Of a stretch of DNA of 64,000 bases, positions 37,424 through 47,165 are shown piece after piece. Numbering within the stretch: the first letter of the stretch is position 1; each line of letters starts with the position of its first letter. The position numbers and the translations under genes are program-made. Under the pieces are notes generated by a model. That model had not been told where the DNA came from. It worked only from the letters and a program-made list of their open reading frames with translations, and did not search any database. The stretch comes from an uncultured Dehalococcoidia bacterium (lineage in GTDB: Bacteria > Chloroflexota > Dehalococcoidia > Lucifugimonadales > UBA826): the NCBI GenBank assembly GCA_964602845.1, contig CAZRSW010000003.1, positions 77,533-141,532 on the forward strand. Reading direction: 5' to 3'.

Positions 37424-38287
37424 ATGCCAAAGATCCACATACTTGGGGCTGGTACGCCTACTCCCACATCGAACAGATTCGGCTCATCGTTCGCCCTGAC
37501 TATAGGGACGGATCAAATTTTGATCGACTGCGGGCCTGCCACTACACACAAGCTGGTAAAAGCGGGGCTATGGCCGACCAACATAGACTACCTTTTCTTC
37601 ACCCATCATCACTTCGACCATGACATTGATTACCCATGCTTTCTTTTATGTAGATGGGACCAAAGCATTGGCCAAGAAAATACGCTGCAAGTCTATGGTC
37701 CTACACTCACCGAGAAAATCACACAAGGTATACTTGACGAGAAAACAGGATTATTCGCGCATGATTGGATCGCTCGGGTGAACCATCCCCTTAGTCAACA
37801 GGTTTACGTCAATCGTGGGGGAACGTTGCCTCGTAAACCACCCTCGGTGAAAGCAATGGACATAACTCCTGGACCAGTTGTATATACCGAGAATTGGGAG
37901 GCTATCGCTGCACCCGCGGAGCATGTACAGCCATATTTAGATTCTTTGGCGTATCGTTTCAATACCCCAGATGGAAGTATAGTTTTTACAGGAGATACGC
38001 AACCATGTGCATCAGTTATGGAATTAGCAAAAGATGCGGACATGATGTTATGTATGTGTTGGGATGAACAGTCAACAATGGATAATAACGGGGAAAACAC
38101 AGGCCAATGTGGAACCGAGGGAGCAGCCAAAATGGCTCAGGCAGCTGAGGTCAAAAAATTGATCCTTGTTCACATTGGCCCTACTCTATCAAAAAAAACG
38201 GCCGACGAGGAAAGTAATCATAGTATAAATAAATTCTACGATGGGGAAATTATATATTCGCATGAATTAATGGAAATCCAGCTCTAA
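37424..38287 (+). CDS. MBL-fold metallo-hydrolase
   Basis: FFTHHHFDHD (HxHxDH) motif, later FTGDT and VHIGP. Confidence 0.75.
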   Translation: MPKIHILGAGTPTPTSNRFGSSFALTIGTDQILIDCGPATTHKLVKAGLWPTNIDYLFFTHHHFDHDIDYPCFLLCRWDQSIGQENTLQVYGPTLTEKITQGILDEKTGLFAHDWIARVNHPLSQQVYVNRGGTLPRKPPSVKAMDITPGPVVYTENWEAIAAPAEHVQPYLDSLAYRFNTPDGSIVFTGDTQPCASVMELAKDADMMLCMCWDEQSTMDNNGENTGQCGTEGAAKMAQAAEVKKLILVHIGPTLSKKTADEESNHSINKFYDGEIIYSHELMEIQL

Positions 38288-38301
38288 CATCCCTTCAACA
38301 T

Positions 38302-38901
38302 TCAGAAAGGATCGGATTCGCAATTTTGCCATTCATCTTTTTTAATCTCCATACGAATAAAATCTTGCCCCCCTTTTCTTACAGGCCTAGCCTCTCTGAA
38401 TCCTGACTTGGCAAAAGAACTCTGAGCTCTTTCATTCCAAGCTAAAGTATGGAGATAAACCATCTCCATTTCCAAATCAGAGAAAAGATGGTCCAGGAGC
38501 GTATCCACTACATCTGTCCCATAACCTCGATTCCAATATGCCTTGTCACCAATCATTATTCCTAACTCAACTTCTCTTTTCTTAGCGTTGAGGTCGTAAT
38601 ACATTACGTTGCCGATGTGTACTCCTTCCAAAGTATCTATAGCCAACCTCTTGGACCTATAACTGGGAAACTGGAGTTCTTCGCTAGCATACCGATAATA
38701 TTCATCGTATGACATCTTGAGAGGGCGTGTCGCATCAAGACGAGAGAGTTCTTCATCTACCCTCCAAGCGTATTCGTCAACAAGATCATTTAGACTTTTC
38801 TCTCTTAAAATAACCTTAACGCCTGAAATTTCCACCTTTGGGAGTTCTTTTTCCCCTGGTCTTGACCAAGGAAAGGCCTTTCTGAACAATATCCACCTCA
38901 T
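38302..38901 (-). CDS. GNAT family N-acetyltransferase (RimJ/RimL-like)
   Basis: LREKSLNDL..., ELGIMIGDKAYWNRGYGTDVV acetyl-CoA region. The ATG at 38901 overlaps the Nudix gene by 86 nt; an in-frame GTG at 38835 would cut the overlap to 20 nt. Confidence 0.7.
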   Translation of the reverse strand: MRWILFRKAFPWSRPGEKELPKVEISGVKVILREKSLNDLVDEYAWRVDEELSRLDATRPLKMSYDEYYRYASEELQFPSYRSKRLAIDTLEGVHIGNVMYYDLNAKKREVELGIMIGDKAYWNRGYGTDVVDTLLDHLFSDLEMEMVYLHTLAWNERAQSSFAKSGFREARPVRKGGQDFIRMEIKKDEWQNCESDPF

Positions 38902-39298
38902 TCTGGTAAGTAAGTGTCGATACTACATCTTTTTCGTCAACCCACTTAACAATATCAAATTCTTCGTCGTGGTGCGAAAAATCACCCCCGACTGGCCTCA
39001 TAAGATAGTAAAATACTTCCTTGTGATAGTTCTCATTAGTTTCATTTCTAGTAAAACTGTAATGGATTGAATCAATGAACGATTCTATTACAACTTCCAA
39101 ACCTGTTTCTTCCCTAACTTCCCGAGTCGCTGTTTCGACCCTAGTCTCATAATCATCTGGCGTACCTTTTGGTAATGCCCAAAGGCCTGAGTCAATCCTT
39201 CCACAGATTACAACCTGTATTTTTCTATCACTTCGACGAAGGACGACACCCCCAGCAGACGTCAATTTTTCTAACCTTACAGACATTTTTGGCTCCAT
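38816..39298 (-). CDS. NUDIX hydrolase
   Basis: Nudix box GTPDDYETRVETATREVREETGLEV (Gx5Ex7REUxEExGU). Confidence 0.8.
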   Translation of the reverse strand: MEPKMSVRLEKLTSAGGVVLRRSDRKIQVVICGRIDSGLWALPKGTPDDYETRVETATREVREETGLEVVIESFIDSIHYSFTRNETNENYHKEVFYYLMRPVGGDFSHHDEEFDIVKWVDEKDVVSTLTYQNEVDIVQKGLSLVKTRGKRTPKGGNFRR

Positions 39299-39406
39299 GA
39301 CATTCTATCTACATTTCTTTGACAGCCCAGACATTAGGGAAATCAATTCTCTGCAAGCCATTATACAGACCACACATTAACTATAATCCAACTTTATTTT
39401 TATTTA

Positions 39407-39435
39407 TTGAATTAGCTGGATCTGGAGTGTATGAT
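39407..39435 (+). promoter_or_regulatory. candidate promoter of the pyr operon
   Basis: TTGAAT (39407-39412), a 17-nt spacer, then TATGAT (39430-39435). This places a transcription start about 20 nt before the PyrR-type hairpin. Confidence 0.4.
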
Positions 39436-39459
39436 GGAGCAGCACCTAAGGTGCAAGCA

Positions 39460-39492
39460 CCCTTTAAGCAGGTACAGAGAGACTAGCAAGGG
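39460..39492 (+). promoter_or_regulatory. PyrR-binding hairpin (pyr leader binding loop)
   Basis: CCCUUUAAGCAGGUACAGAGAGACUAGCAAGGG. A closing stem CCCUU/AAGGG encloses the purine-rich CAGAGAG core, resembling the (U)CCAGAGAGG(C)U PyrR binding-loop consensus. It sits directly upstream of pyrR. Confidence 0.55.
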
Positions 39493-39522
39493 AGCACTAA
39501 TCGACGCTCATGCGTCGGAGAA

Positions 39523-39550
39523 TGCCTCTTGTAACAATTGACAGGAGGCA
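39523..39550 (+). promoter_or_regulatory. hairpin TGCCTC...GAGGCA sequestering an AGGAGG ribosome-binding site
   Basis: TGCCTC (39523-39528) pairs with GAGGCA (39545-39550). The 3' arm is part of AGGAGG (39543-39548), the only strong SD in the leader. Confidence 0.4.
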
Positions 39551-39560
39551 TACATAAGCA

Positions 39561-39638
39561 ATGCACAAGCTAACTGCCTATTATCTTCTCGCAGTCATAT
39601 CACGCGCTCCCATCACTCTAGGCATTGAAAATGCCTGA
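39561..39638 (+). CDS. possible 25-codon leader ORF overlapping the pyrR start
   Basis: I translated it by hand as [25 protein letters not shown]. The ATG lies 12 nt after AGGAGG. The TGA (39636-39638) overlaps the pyrR ATG (39631). pyrR has no obvious SD of its own. Confidence 0.25.
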   Translation: MHKLTAYYLLAVISRAPITLGIENA

Positions 39639-40164
39639 GAAAGTCATTCAAACCGCCCAGCAAATTCAGAGATCCATGACCAGAATCTCTCACGAAATTC
39701 TAGAGCAAAATACCTCAGTAGAAGATCTCATATTGGTAGGTATGTACTCCAGAGGGGTGCCATTGGCGCAAAGGCTAAGCAAAACGATTTCGGGATTTGA
39801 AGGTACCAAATTAATAGTTGGAGCTCTTGATATAGGTTTATACCGAGATGATTTTTCTGAGAAAGGCCGTTCTTTACTTAAACCTAGTGATATCCCTGTC
39901 AACATTAAAGACATGTCAGTTATTTTGGTTGACGACGTTCTCTTTACCGGCCGGACCATTCGAGCTGCCATGGATGCACTAAACGATTTTGGGAGACCTG
40001 CTCAAATACAGCTCGCCGTCCTGGTCGATCGAGGACACAGGGAACTACCAATCAGAGCGGACTATGTAGGTAAGAATGTACCAACTTCCAAGCTTGAAGA
40101 CGTAAAAGTCAGATTGACAGAGTTAGACGGAGTAGACGAAATTGTCATCATCTCAGCAACTTAA
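39631..40164 (+). CDS. pyrR: bifunctional pyr operon regulator / uracil phosphoribosyltransferase PyrR
   Basis: PRPP-binding loop [17 protein letters not shown]. Size and position ahead of pyrB. The TTG at 39625 is an alternative start. Confidence 0.85.
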   Translation: MPEKVIQTAQQIQRSMTRISHEILEQNTSVEDLILVGMYSRGVPLAQRLSKTISGFEGTKLIVGALDIGLYRDDFSEKGRSLLKPSDIPVNIKDMSVILVDDVLFTGRTIRAAMDALNDFGRPAQIQLAVLVDRGHRELPIRADYVGKNVPTSKLEDVKVRLTELDGVDEIVIISAT

Positions 40165-40175
40165 TAAGGATACAT

Positions 40176-41171
40176 ATGTCCACTAAGTCTCACGCCCCAA
40201 CACTTGTAACTAATAATGTGCTAGACCTTGATGCTTATTCACGAGATGATATTGAATGTATCTTAGAAAATACCAATGCGATGTTAGAAATACTAGAGAG
40301 GGGTATTAAAAAAGTACCCACTCTACGCGGAAAAACCATAATCAACTTATTCTACGAGCCCAGTACCCGAACTCGCGTTTCTTTCGAGCAAGCCGGAAAG
40401 ATCTTAAGCGCGGATGTAATAAATGTTACTCCTGAGACAAGCAGTACAACCAAAGGAGAATCATTGTTCAATACGGCCCTGACAATACAGGCCATGAAAG
40501 CTGATACCGTTGTTATTAGACATCCACACGCTGGTGCTCCTTACTTTCTTGCACAAAAGCTGGATTGTTCAGTCATCAATGCTGGCGACGGTATGCACGC
40601 TCATCCAACCCAAGGTTTGTTAGATATACACACTATTATCAAGCATCTCGGATCATTGGAAGGGAAGAAAGTGACCATAGTAGGTGACATCCTTTACAGC
40701 AGGGTCGCTAGAACAAATCTTTGGGCCCTAACCAAGATGGGTGCTAAGGTTGTCCTGTGTGGTCCTAGAACATTGATACCACCTGATTTCTTGAACAATG
40801 CCAGGAATACTGAAGGGCATCCTTTCGCTTCCATTGAGGTGGAGGGCGATCTGAACCTTGCGATTAGAGACGCAGACGTAGTGATGGCACTAAGGATACA
40901 ACGGGAACGTCAGCGATCCAGGCATCTACCCTCTCTATTGGAATATTCGAGAATGTATGGCATTACTAGCCAACGAATGAGGCACGCGAGTCCCGACGCT
41001 CTAGTAATGCACCCAGGGCCCATAAACGAAGGAATTGAAATAGATTCGGACGTTGCCCACGGTGCCCGCTCTCTGATCGAATATCAAGTAACCGCTGGAG
41101 TAGCTATAAGGATGGCCTTGCTATGTTCAGCATCAGCTGAACAAGAACCAAAGGATCAAGGCTACATCTAA
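40176..41171 (+). CDS. pyrB: aspartate carbamoyltransferase catalytic subunit
   Basis: FYEPSTRTR carbamoyl-phosphate motif, plus HPTQ and HPGP motifs. Confidence 0.9.
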   Translation: MSTKSHAPTLVTNNVLDLDAYSRDDIECILENTNAMLEILERGIKKVPTLRGKTIINLFYEPSTRTRVSFEQAGKILSADVINVTPETSSTTKGESLFNTALTIQAMKADTVVIRHPHAGAPYFLAQKLDCSVINAGDGMHAHPTQGLLDIHTIIKHLGSLEGKKVTIVGDILYSRVARTNLWALTKMGAKVVLCGPRTLIPPDFLNNARNTEGHPFASIEVEGDLNLAIRDADVVMALRIQRERQRSRHLPSLLEYSRMYGITSQRMRHASPDALVMHPGPINEGIEIDSDVAHGARSLIEYQVTAGVAIRMALLCSASAEQEPKDQGYI

Positions 41172-41172
41172 A

Positions 41173-42543
41173 ATGCATAACCCTCTAGCGATAAAGAACG
41201 GCAGAGTTATTGATCCATCACAATCAGTTGACCGTGTGACTGATTTACTGATAATAGACGGGAAAATCGCCCAAATTGGACACCTCGATCAGCTACCAGA
41301 TAACACAAAGGAATTCGACGCATCAAACCTAATAGTATCACCAGGATTCGTAGACATACACACCCACCTCAGAGAGCCAGGGGAAGAACACAAAGAGACC
41401 ATAGCTACAGGTACGGCTGCAGCAGCTAAAGGAGGTTTCACCACTGTCTGTGCAATGCCAAATACTGACCCACCTTTAGACACGAGATCAGCCATCGAAT
41501 TCGTAAAAAACAAAGCCACGCGGGAGGGTACTATACGAGTTCTCACGATAGGTTGCGTAACCAAGGGCAGAGCGGGTATAGAGCTCTCCGATATGGCAGA
41601 TTTAGCTTCGGCAGGAGTAATTGGATTCAGTGACGACGGAAGTCCTGTGGTTGATCCCAATTTAATGAGACAAGCCCTTAGCTACAGTAAAGGCCTAGGA
41701 TTGCCAATCATTAATCACTGTGAAGTTCTTGAATTAACTAATCGTGGCTCTATGAACGAAGGTTGGATATCAACCAGACTTGGCCTCCAGGGTATTCCAA
41801 ACTCTTCTGAAACCGTAATGGTTTCTCGAGATATTGAACTGGCTGAAACGACAGGAGGGCATGTTCACATTGCACATGTAAGCACCGCCGGTTCGCTAGA
41901 ACTAATCAGGCGGGCAAAGCAAAATGGCATCCACGTAACATGTGAAGTAACTCCCCACCATCTGACGCTAACCGACGACATCATCATGAGCACAAAGGCA
42001 GGCCAGGATATCTATGCACCGCTTACTGCATATGCATATGATACTTCTGCAAAAGTAAGTCCTCCACTACGGCTAGACTCCGATGTGCAAGCAATGGTGG
42101 CAGGAATCGAGGACAATACTATCGACTGTATTGCAACAGACCACGCTCCTCACAGTACGATAGACAAGAATTGTACATTCCAGGAAGCCGCTTTCGGAAT
42201 CAGTGTTTTAGAAACAGCTCTTGGTTCTACCATGTCATTATTCCATGATCATGGCATACCAATACCGGTACTAATCGAAAAACTTACCGCTGGGCCTACG
42301 ACTTTGATAGGAAGTAATCTTGGAACACTTAAAGAAAGACATCAAGCTGACATAACTATTTTCGATCCCTACGCCTCATGGGTCGTTGACCCATCAACTT
42401 TTGTATCAGGTGGAAAAAACACACCATTGTCTGGCAAGACCTTGAGAGGAAAAGTTGTAGCAACTTTTCTATCAGGAACCAAAATATATTGTGACCCAGA
42501 AACCTTTCCTAATGATTCCCAAAGAACTATAGGGGCAACTTAA
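41173..42543 (+). CDS. pyrC: dihydroorotase
   Basis: PGFVDIHTHLREPG metal-binding motif and a later DHAPH motif. 456 aa. Confidence 0.9.
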   Translation: MHNPLAIKNGRVIDPSQSVDRVTDLLIIDGKIAQIGHLDQLPDNTKEFDASNLIVSPGFVDIHTHLREPGEEHKETIATGTAAAAKGGFTTVCAMPNTDPPLDTRSAIEFVKNKATREGTIRVLTIGCVTKGRAGIELSDMADLASAGVIGFSDDGSPVVDPNLMRQALSYSKGLGLPIINHCEVLELTNRGSMNEGWISTRLGLQGIPNSSETVMVSRDIELAETTGGHVHIAHVSTAGSLELIRRAKQNGIHVTCEVTPHHLTLTDDIIMSTKAGQDIYAPLTAYAYDTSAKVSPPLRLDSDVQAMVAGIEDNTIDCIATDHAPHSTIDKNCTFQEAAFGISVLETALGSTMSLFHDHGIPIPVLIEKLTAGPTTLIGSNLGTLKERHQADITIFDPYASWVVDPSTFVSGGKNTPLSGKTLRGKVVATFLSGTKIYCDPETFPNDSQRTIGAT

Positions 42544-43629
42544 TTGACTACTGAAGCACATATAATCCTGGAGGATGGCACAAAATTTAAAGGGGTCTCA
42601 TTTGGTGGAAATAATACAGCCTTTGGTGAGATCGTCTTCAACACATCTATGACCGGGTATCAAGAAATTTTGACCGACCCATCTTACGCGGGTCAAATTG
42701 TAGTACCCACATACCCAATGATTGGGAATTATGGGATCAGTAAAGAGGCAAATGAATCTATAAAGATTCAAGTCGCTGGCCTAGTTGTCAGACAACATTG
42801 TGAAGAGCCAAGCCATGCCGATAGCAAAATGTCTATCTCAGACTTCCTTCATTCCCAAGATGTAACGGGTATTTCAGAAATCGATACACGCGCTTTAACG
42901 AGACATATCCGTAAGAAAGGCGTCATGATGGGAACAATAGTTACAAACCCCAATATTGATGAAGCAACAACTGATTTAGCAAAAATAACTCCTTATGGAA
43001 ACCTAGACTACGTTCAAAGGGTAACAACTAAAGATCCATATCAGTGGGAGAACCCTGCAACCAATAAAATAAAGATACTGGTTGCAGATTTTGGGCTTAA
43101 ATACAACATCTTGCGTCTCCTTAGAAATAGAGGTTGCGCGGTTCATGTTTATCCCTCTAATACCAGCCCAGAAGATCTGCTGGATTTGAGACCGGATGGC
43201 ATATTGTTATCCCCAGGTCCGGGTGATCCACAATTACTCAATTACATGGTAGATACCACTAGAGAACTCCTCGGGCGTGTACCTATCTTAGGTATCTGTC
43301 TTGGGAATCAGGTGTTGGGCATGGCAACAGGAGCTAAAACATATAAGTTGAAATTTGGGCATCGCGGCGGTAACCATCCCGTCAAAGACCTAGAATCTGG
43401 CAGGATTCACATAACCTCTCAAAACCATGGATATGCTATAGATGAATCCACTTTACCATCGGAGGTTTCCATCACCCATGTCAGCGCAAATGACAATACT
43501 GTAGAAGGTATCAAACACAAGTCAATGCCAGCCATGGGCATACAATACCACTCGGAATCATCTCCCGGGCCAAAAGATAACGAATATATCTTCGACCAAT
43601 TCATTTCGATGATCAAAGCCGTTAAGTAG
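42544..43629 (+). CDS. carA: carbamoyl-phosphate synthase small (glutaminase) subunit
   Basis: TTG start directly after the pyrC stop. GICLGNQ catalytic Cys motif and the QYHSES (His-Glu) motif. Confidence 0.9.
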   Translation: MTTEAHIILEDGTKFKGVSFGGNNTAFGEIVFNTSMTGYQEILTDPSYAGQIVVPTYPMIGNYGISKEANESIKIQVAGLVVRQHCEEPSHADSKMSISDFLHSQDVTGISEIDTRALTRHIRKKGVMMGTIVTNPNIDEATTDLAKITPYGNLDYVQRVTTKDPYQWENPATNKIKILVADFGLKYNILRLLRNRGCAVHVYPSNTSPEDLLDLRPDGILLSPGPGDPQLLNYMVDTTRELLGRVPILGICLGNQVLGMATGAKTYKLKFGHRGGNHPVKDLESGRIHITSQNHGYAIDESTLPSEVSITHVSANDNTVEGIKHKSMPAMGIQYHSESSPGPKDNEYIFDQFISMIKAVK

Positions 43630-43734
43630 ATGAATTCTAGTTCTATCAATATACCCATCTACCACGTGATAGCCAGGCCGATTCATCCGTTAGACAGTAT
43701 CTTTAAAGCATATGTTGGAGGTTGACCTACAACC

Positions 43735-46700
43735 ATGAGACAGAGATTGAACAAAATTCTAGTGATCGGATCGGGGCCTATAGTAATCGGTCAGGCCGCA
43801 GAGTTCGATTACGCTGGGACCCAGGCCTGCACCGCCCTAAGAGAAGAAGGCATAGAAACAATCCTCGTAAATTCTAACCCGGCTACAATTATGACGGACA
43901 ACGACATTGCCGACAGAGTTTACATTGAACCATTAACGGTCCCCGTGCTCACAAGAATAATAGAGCGAGAGAGACCGGACGGACTATTACCGACCCTGGG
44001 AGGTCAGACAGGGTTAAATTTGGCCGTCTCATTAGCCGAACAAGGAGTCTTGGATGAATTCAATGTTAGCTTGTTAGGAAGCTCTGTCTCTACAATCAAG
44101 AAAGCTGAAGACAGAAATTTATTTCGAGAGCTGCTAACTCAAATTGGTGAACCGGTTCCACCCAGCCTTACAGTAAGCTCTATTGAAAAAGCCCATGAAG
44201 CGAAAGAAAAGCTAGGCCTACCTCTAGTGATTCGGCCTGCTTATACACTAGGAGGAACGGGGGGGGGAATAGCAAATACTGAGGAGGAATTCGATGAAAT
44301 CACATCTGGAGGCCTTGCAGCAAGCCCTATAAGTCAAATACTTATAGAAAAATCCATCGTCGGATGGAAAGAACTCGAATATGAAGTCATGCGTGACCAT
44401 GCTGACAACTGCATCACAATATGCAACATGGAAAACATTGATCCTATGGGAACCCATACAGGGGATAGCATAGTTGTTGCTCCCAGCCAAACACTCTCAG
44501 ACAAAGAATACCAACTCTTACGAACAGCAAGTTTAAGGATAATTCGAGCTCTAAAAATAGAGGGTGGATGCAATGTTCAATTCGCCCTGGCTCCTGGTGA
44601 CGTTGTAGCCTCTAGCCTCCCTGATTATGACTCAGAAGGAAAGGGTTACTACGTAATAGAAGTGAACCCTAGAGTCAGCAGAAGTTCCGCATTGGCCAGC
44701 AAAGCGACGGGATACCCAATTGCAAGAGTTGCCGCAAAAATAGCTACTGGGAAACTGTTAAATGAAATACCCAACGCCATAACCAGAAAAACACTGTCAG
44801 CCTTCGAGCCCGCCATAGATTATTGTGTTGTAAAGATTCCTAGATGGCCTTTTGATAAGTTTCCGTCTGGGGATCGTACCCTCGGTACACAGATGAAGGC
44901 AACGGGAGAAGTAATGGCCATAGACAGAACCTTCGAATCCGCTTTCCAAAAAGCTGTTAGGTCTCTCGAAATATCCGACAGGTCGATCATCTGGGAAGAT
45001 TCTGCATGGTCTAATGGAGAACATTCTAGCCTTTCCGAATTACCACTCGACCCACACGACGAAAGGCTTTGGACAGTGTTCTCTGCCTTAAGGCAAAAAA
45101 TCTCGCCAGAGGATATATCTCGCCGCACCGGTATAGACCCTTGGTTCACCAGGTCATTTAACCGAATAGTGAGATTGGAAGATAGGTTAAAGAATGAAAC
45201 GATGTCTTACCGCCTTATGCGAGAAACTAAAAGGATGGGGTTCCCAGACCAGGTCATAGCGCTATTAACAAATAAAACTGCCTTGGAGATACGGAAAATT
45301 AGAAAAGCATTTGGGCTTCTACCCGTCTATAAAATGGTGGATACTTGTGCATCCGAATTTGAGGCCCAAACTCCCTATTTTTACAGCACATACGAAGAAG
45401 AAAATGAGGCTGATCCGATTCAAGGACCAAAAGCCATAGTAGTTGGAAGTGGACCTATACGAATCGGTCAGGGGATAGAATTTGACTACTGTTCAGTACA
45501 CGCAGCTTGGGCTCTCAAAAATGAGGGGCTAGGCAGCATAATAATCAACTCTAACCCTGAGACAGTATCAACGGATTTCGACACCAGTGATCGTCTCTAT
45601 TTTGAGCCTTTAGATGAAGAGAGCATAATGGACGTAATAGAAAACGAGTCCACTATAGACGAACATGGAGATACATACATTCCTCCGACCATTGTCCAAT
45701 TTGGTGGGCAAACAGCAATCGACCTGTCTCAGAAACTTGACCAGGCGGGGTTCCCTATCTTGGGGTCCACTGCTGACTCTATAGATACTGCATCTGACAG
45801 GCATCTATTTGAGGCGTTCCTCTCGAGAATAGGCATCCCTAATCCACCAGGTTCTGCTGTAGATAGCATCGAATCAGGTCTTAAAGTTGCGGAGGACATT
45901 GGATATCCAGTTTTGGTACGACCTAGCTATGTGCTAGGAGGAAGAGCAATGGAAATAGTACATGATGAAAGTGAACTAACCAGATATATGGCAAGTGCTC
46001 TCAAAGTGGGTGTAGGAAGGAAAGTACTTGTAGATAAATATTTTGAAGGCCGCGAAGTTGAAGTCGATGCAGTATGTGATGGGGAAAGCGTAGTCATCCC
46101 TGGCATAATGGAACACGTAGAGAGAGCCGGAGTTCATAGTGGAGATTCTCTAGCCATATACCCTGGAATCACGCTATCAAAGGAGGAGGTAGACACCATA
46201 ACAGACTACACGATTCGGATAGGAAAGTCCTTGAATGTGAAAGGCTTAATGAACATCCAGTATGTCGTTATTGGAGGTCCCAAATATAGAAGCCCAGAGA
46301 TGGCCTCGAGATTGAGTTTAAGGACTTCCTCCGCTGCAGGAAATACCCAAGTTTTTGTTATAGAAGTAAACCCAAGATCCAGCAGAACAATCCCTTTTAT
46401 ATCCAAGGTAACAAATGTGCCTATGGTGAGACTCGGTATATCGGCTATGTTAGGAAATAAACTAACCGAGAACGGATACGAAAGTGGACTGAGTAAAAAA
46501 CAGAATCTAGTTGGGGTGAAAGCTCCTGTATTCTCAATGTCCAAACTCTCAGGGGTTGATTCCTACTTAGGACCCGAAATGAAGTCGACTGGCGAAGTAA
46601 TGGGCATTGATAAAGACTTCGAATCTGCTACAGCAAAGGCCTTGATAGCCGCAAATTTGGACCTTCCTAATCAAGGTGCCATCCTTTTGAGTATTGCGGA

Positions 46701-47073
46701 CGAAGATAAACTCGAAGCTATATCCATGATAAAGAAACTAGCCTCAGCTAAGTATGATCTTTTTGCCACTGAGGGAACTGCTTCACTGATACAAAAATTA
46801 GGATTACCCGTCATTTCCGTACCTAAACGGTTGGATCAAACCAAACCTAATGTAGTCGACATAATCAATAATCAGACTGTCGACGCTGTCATAAATACAG
46901 TTACAGGCGATAGAAAGGTATTGCAAGATGGCTTCTATATTCGTCGAACAGCCGTTGACAAGAGAATACCATGTTTCACTTCCTTAGACACTGCCCGAGC
47001 CGCGGTTGAAAGTTTGACTGCCAACCATAACCACTTCAACGTAAAGACGGTTTCTGAATATCTAGACGACTGA
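43735..47073 (+). CDS. carB: carbamoyl-phosphate synthase large subunit
   Basis: 1112 aa. Duplicated ATP-grasp halves ([21 protein letters not shown] / [19 protein letters not shown]), with an MGS-like C-terminus. Confidence 0.95.
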   Translation: MRQRLNKILVIGSGPIVIGQAAEFDYAGTQACTALREEGIETILVNSNPATIMTDNDIADRVYIEPLTVPVLTRIIERERPDGLLPTLGGQTGLNLAVSLAEQGVLDEFNVSLLGSSVSTIKKAEDRNLFRELLTQIGEPVPPSLTVSSIEKAHEAKEKLGLPLVIRPAYTLGGTGGGIANTEEEFDEITSGGLAASPISQILIEKSIVGWKELEYEVMRDHADNCITICNMENIDPMGTHTGDSIVVAPSQTLSDKEYQLLRTASLRIIRALKIEGGCNVQFALAPGDVVASSLPDYDSEGKGYYVIEVNPRVSRSSALASKATGYPIARVAAKIATGKLLNEIPNAITRKTLSAFEPAIDYCVVKIPRWPFDKFPSGDRTLGTQMKATGEVMAIDRTFESAFQKAVRSLEISDRSIIWEDSAWSNGEHSSLSELPLDPHDERLWTVFSALRQKISPEDISRRTGIDPWFTRSFNRIVRLEDRLKNETMSYRLMRETKRMGFPDQVIALLTNKTALEIRKIRKAFGLLPVYKMVDTCASEFEAQTPYFYSTYEEENEADPIQGPKAIVVGSGPIRIGQGIEFDYCSVHAAWALKNEGLGSIIINSNPETVSTDFDTSDRLYFEPLDEESIMDVIENESTIDEHGDTYIPPTIVQFGGQTAIDLSQKLDQAGFPILGSTADSIDTASDRHLFEAFLSRIGIPNPPGSAVDSIESGLKVAEDIGYPVLVRPSYVLGGRAMEIVHDESELTRYMASALKVGVGRKVLVDKYFEGREVEVDAVCDGESVVIPGIMEHVERAGVHSGDSLAIYPGITLSKEEVDTITDYTIRIGKSLNVKGLMNIQYVVIGGPKYRSPEMASRLSLRTSSAAGNTQVFVIEVNPRSSRTIPFISKVTNVPMVRLGISAMLGNKLTENGYESGLSKKQNLVGVKAPVFSMSKLSGVDSYLGPEMKSTGEVMGIDKDFESATAKALIAANLDLPNQGAILLSIADEDKLEAISMIKKLASAKYDLFATEGTASLIQKLGLPVISVPKRLDQTKPNVVDIINNQTVDAVINTVTGDRKVLQDGFYIRRTAVDKRIPCFTSLDTARAAVESLTANHNHFNVKTVSEYLDD

Positions 47074-47165
47074 AATGGAAAATAATATGCCAGAAGTTTT
47101 AGAGTGGTGCCAGGGAAAAAACTGTAGCTGAACTCAGACTATTAGAACATGGCAAGGGGAAACCT

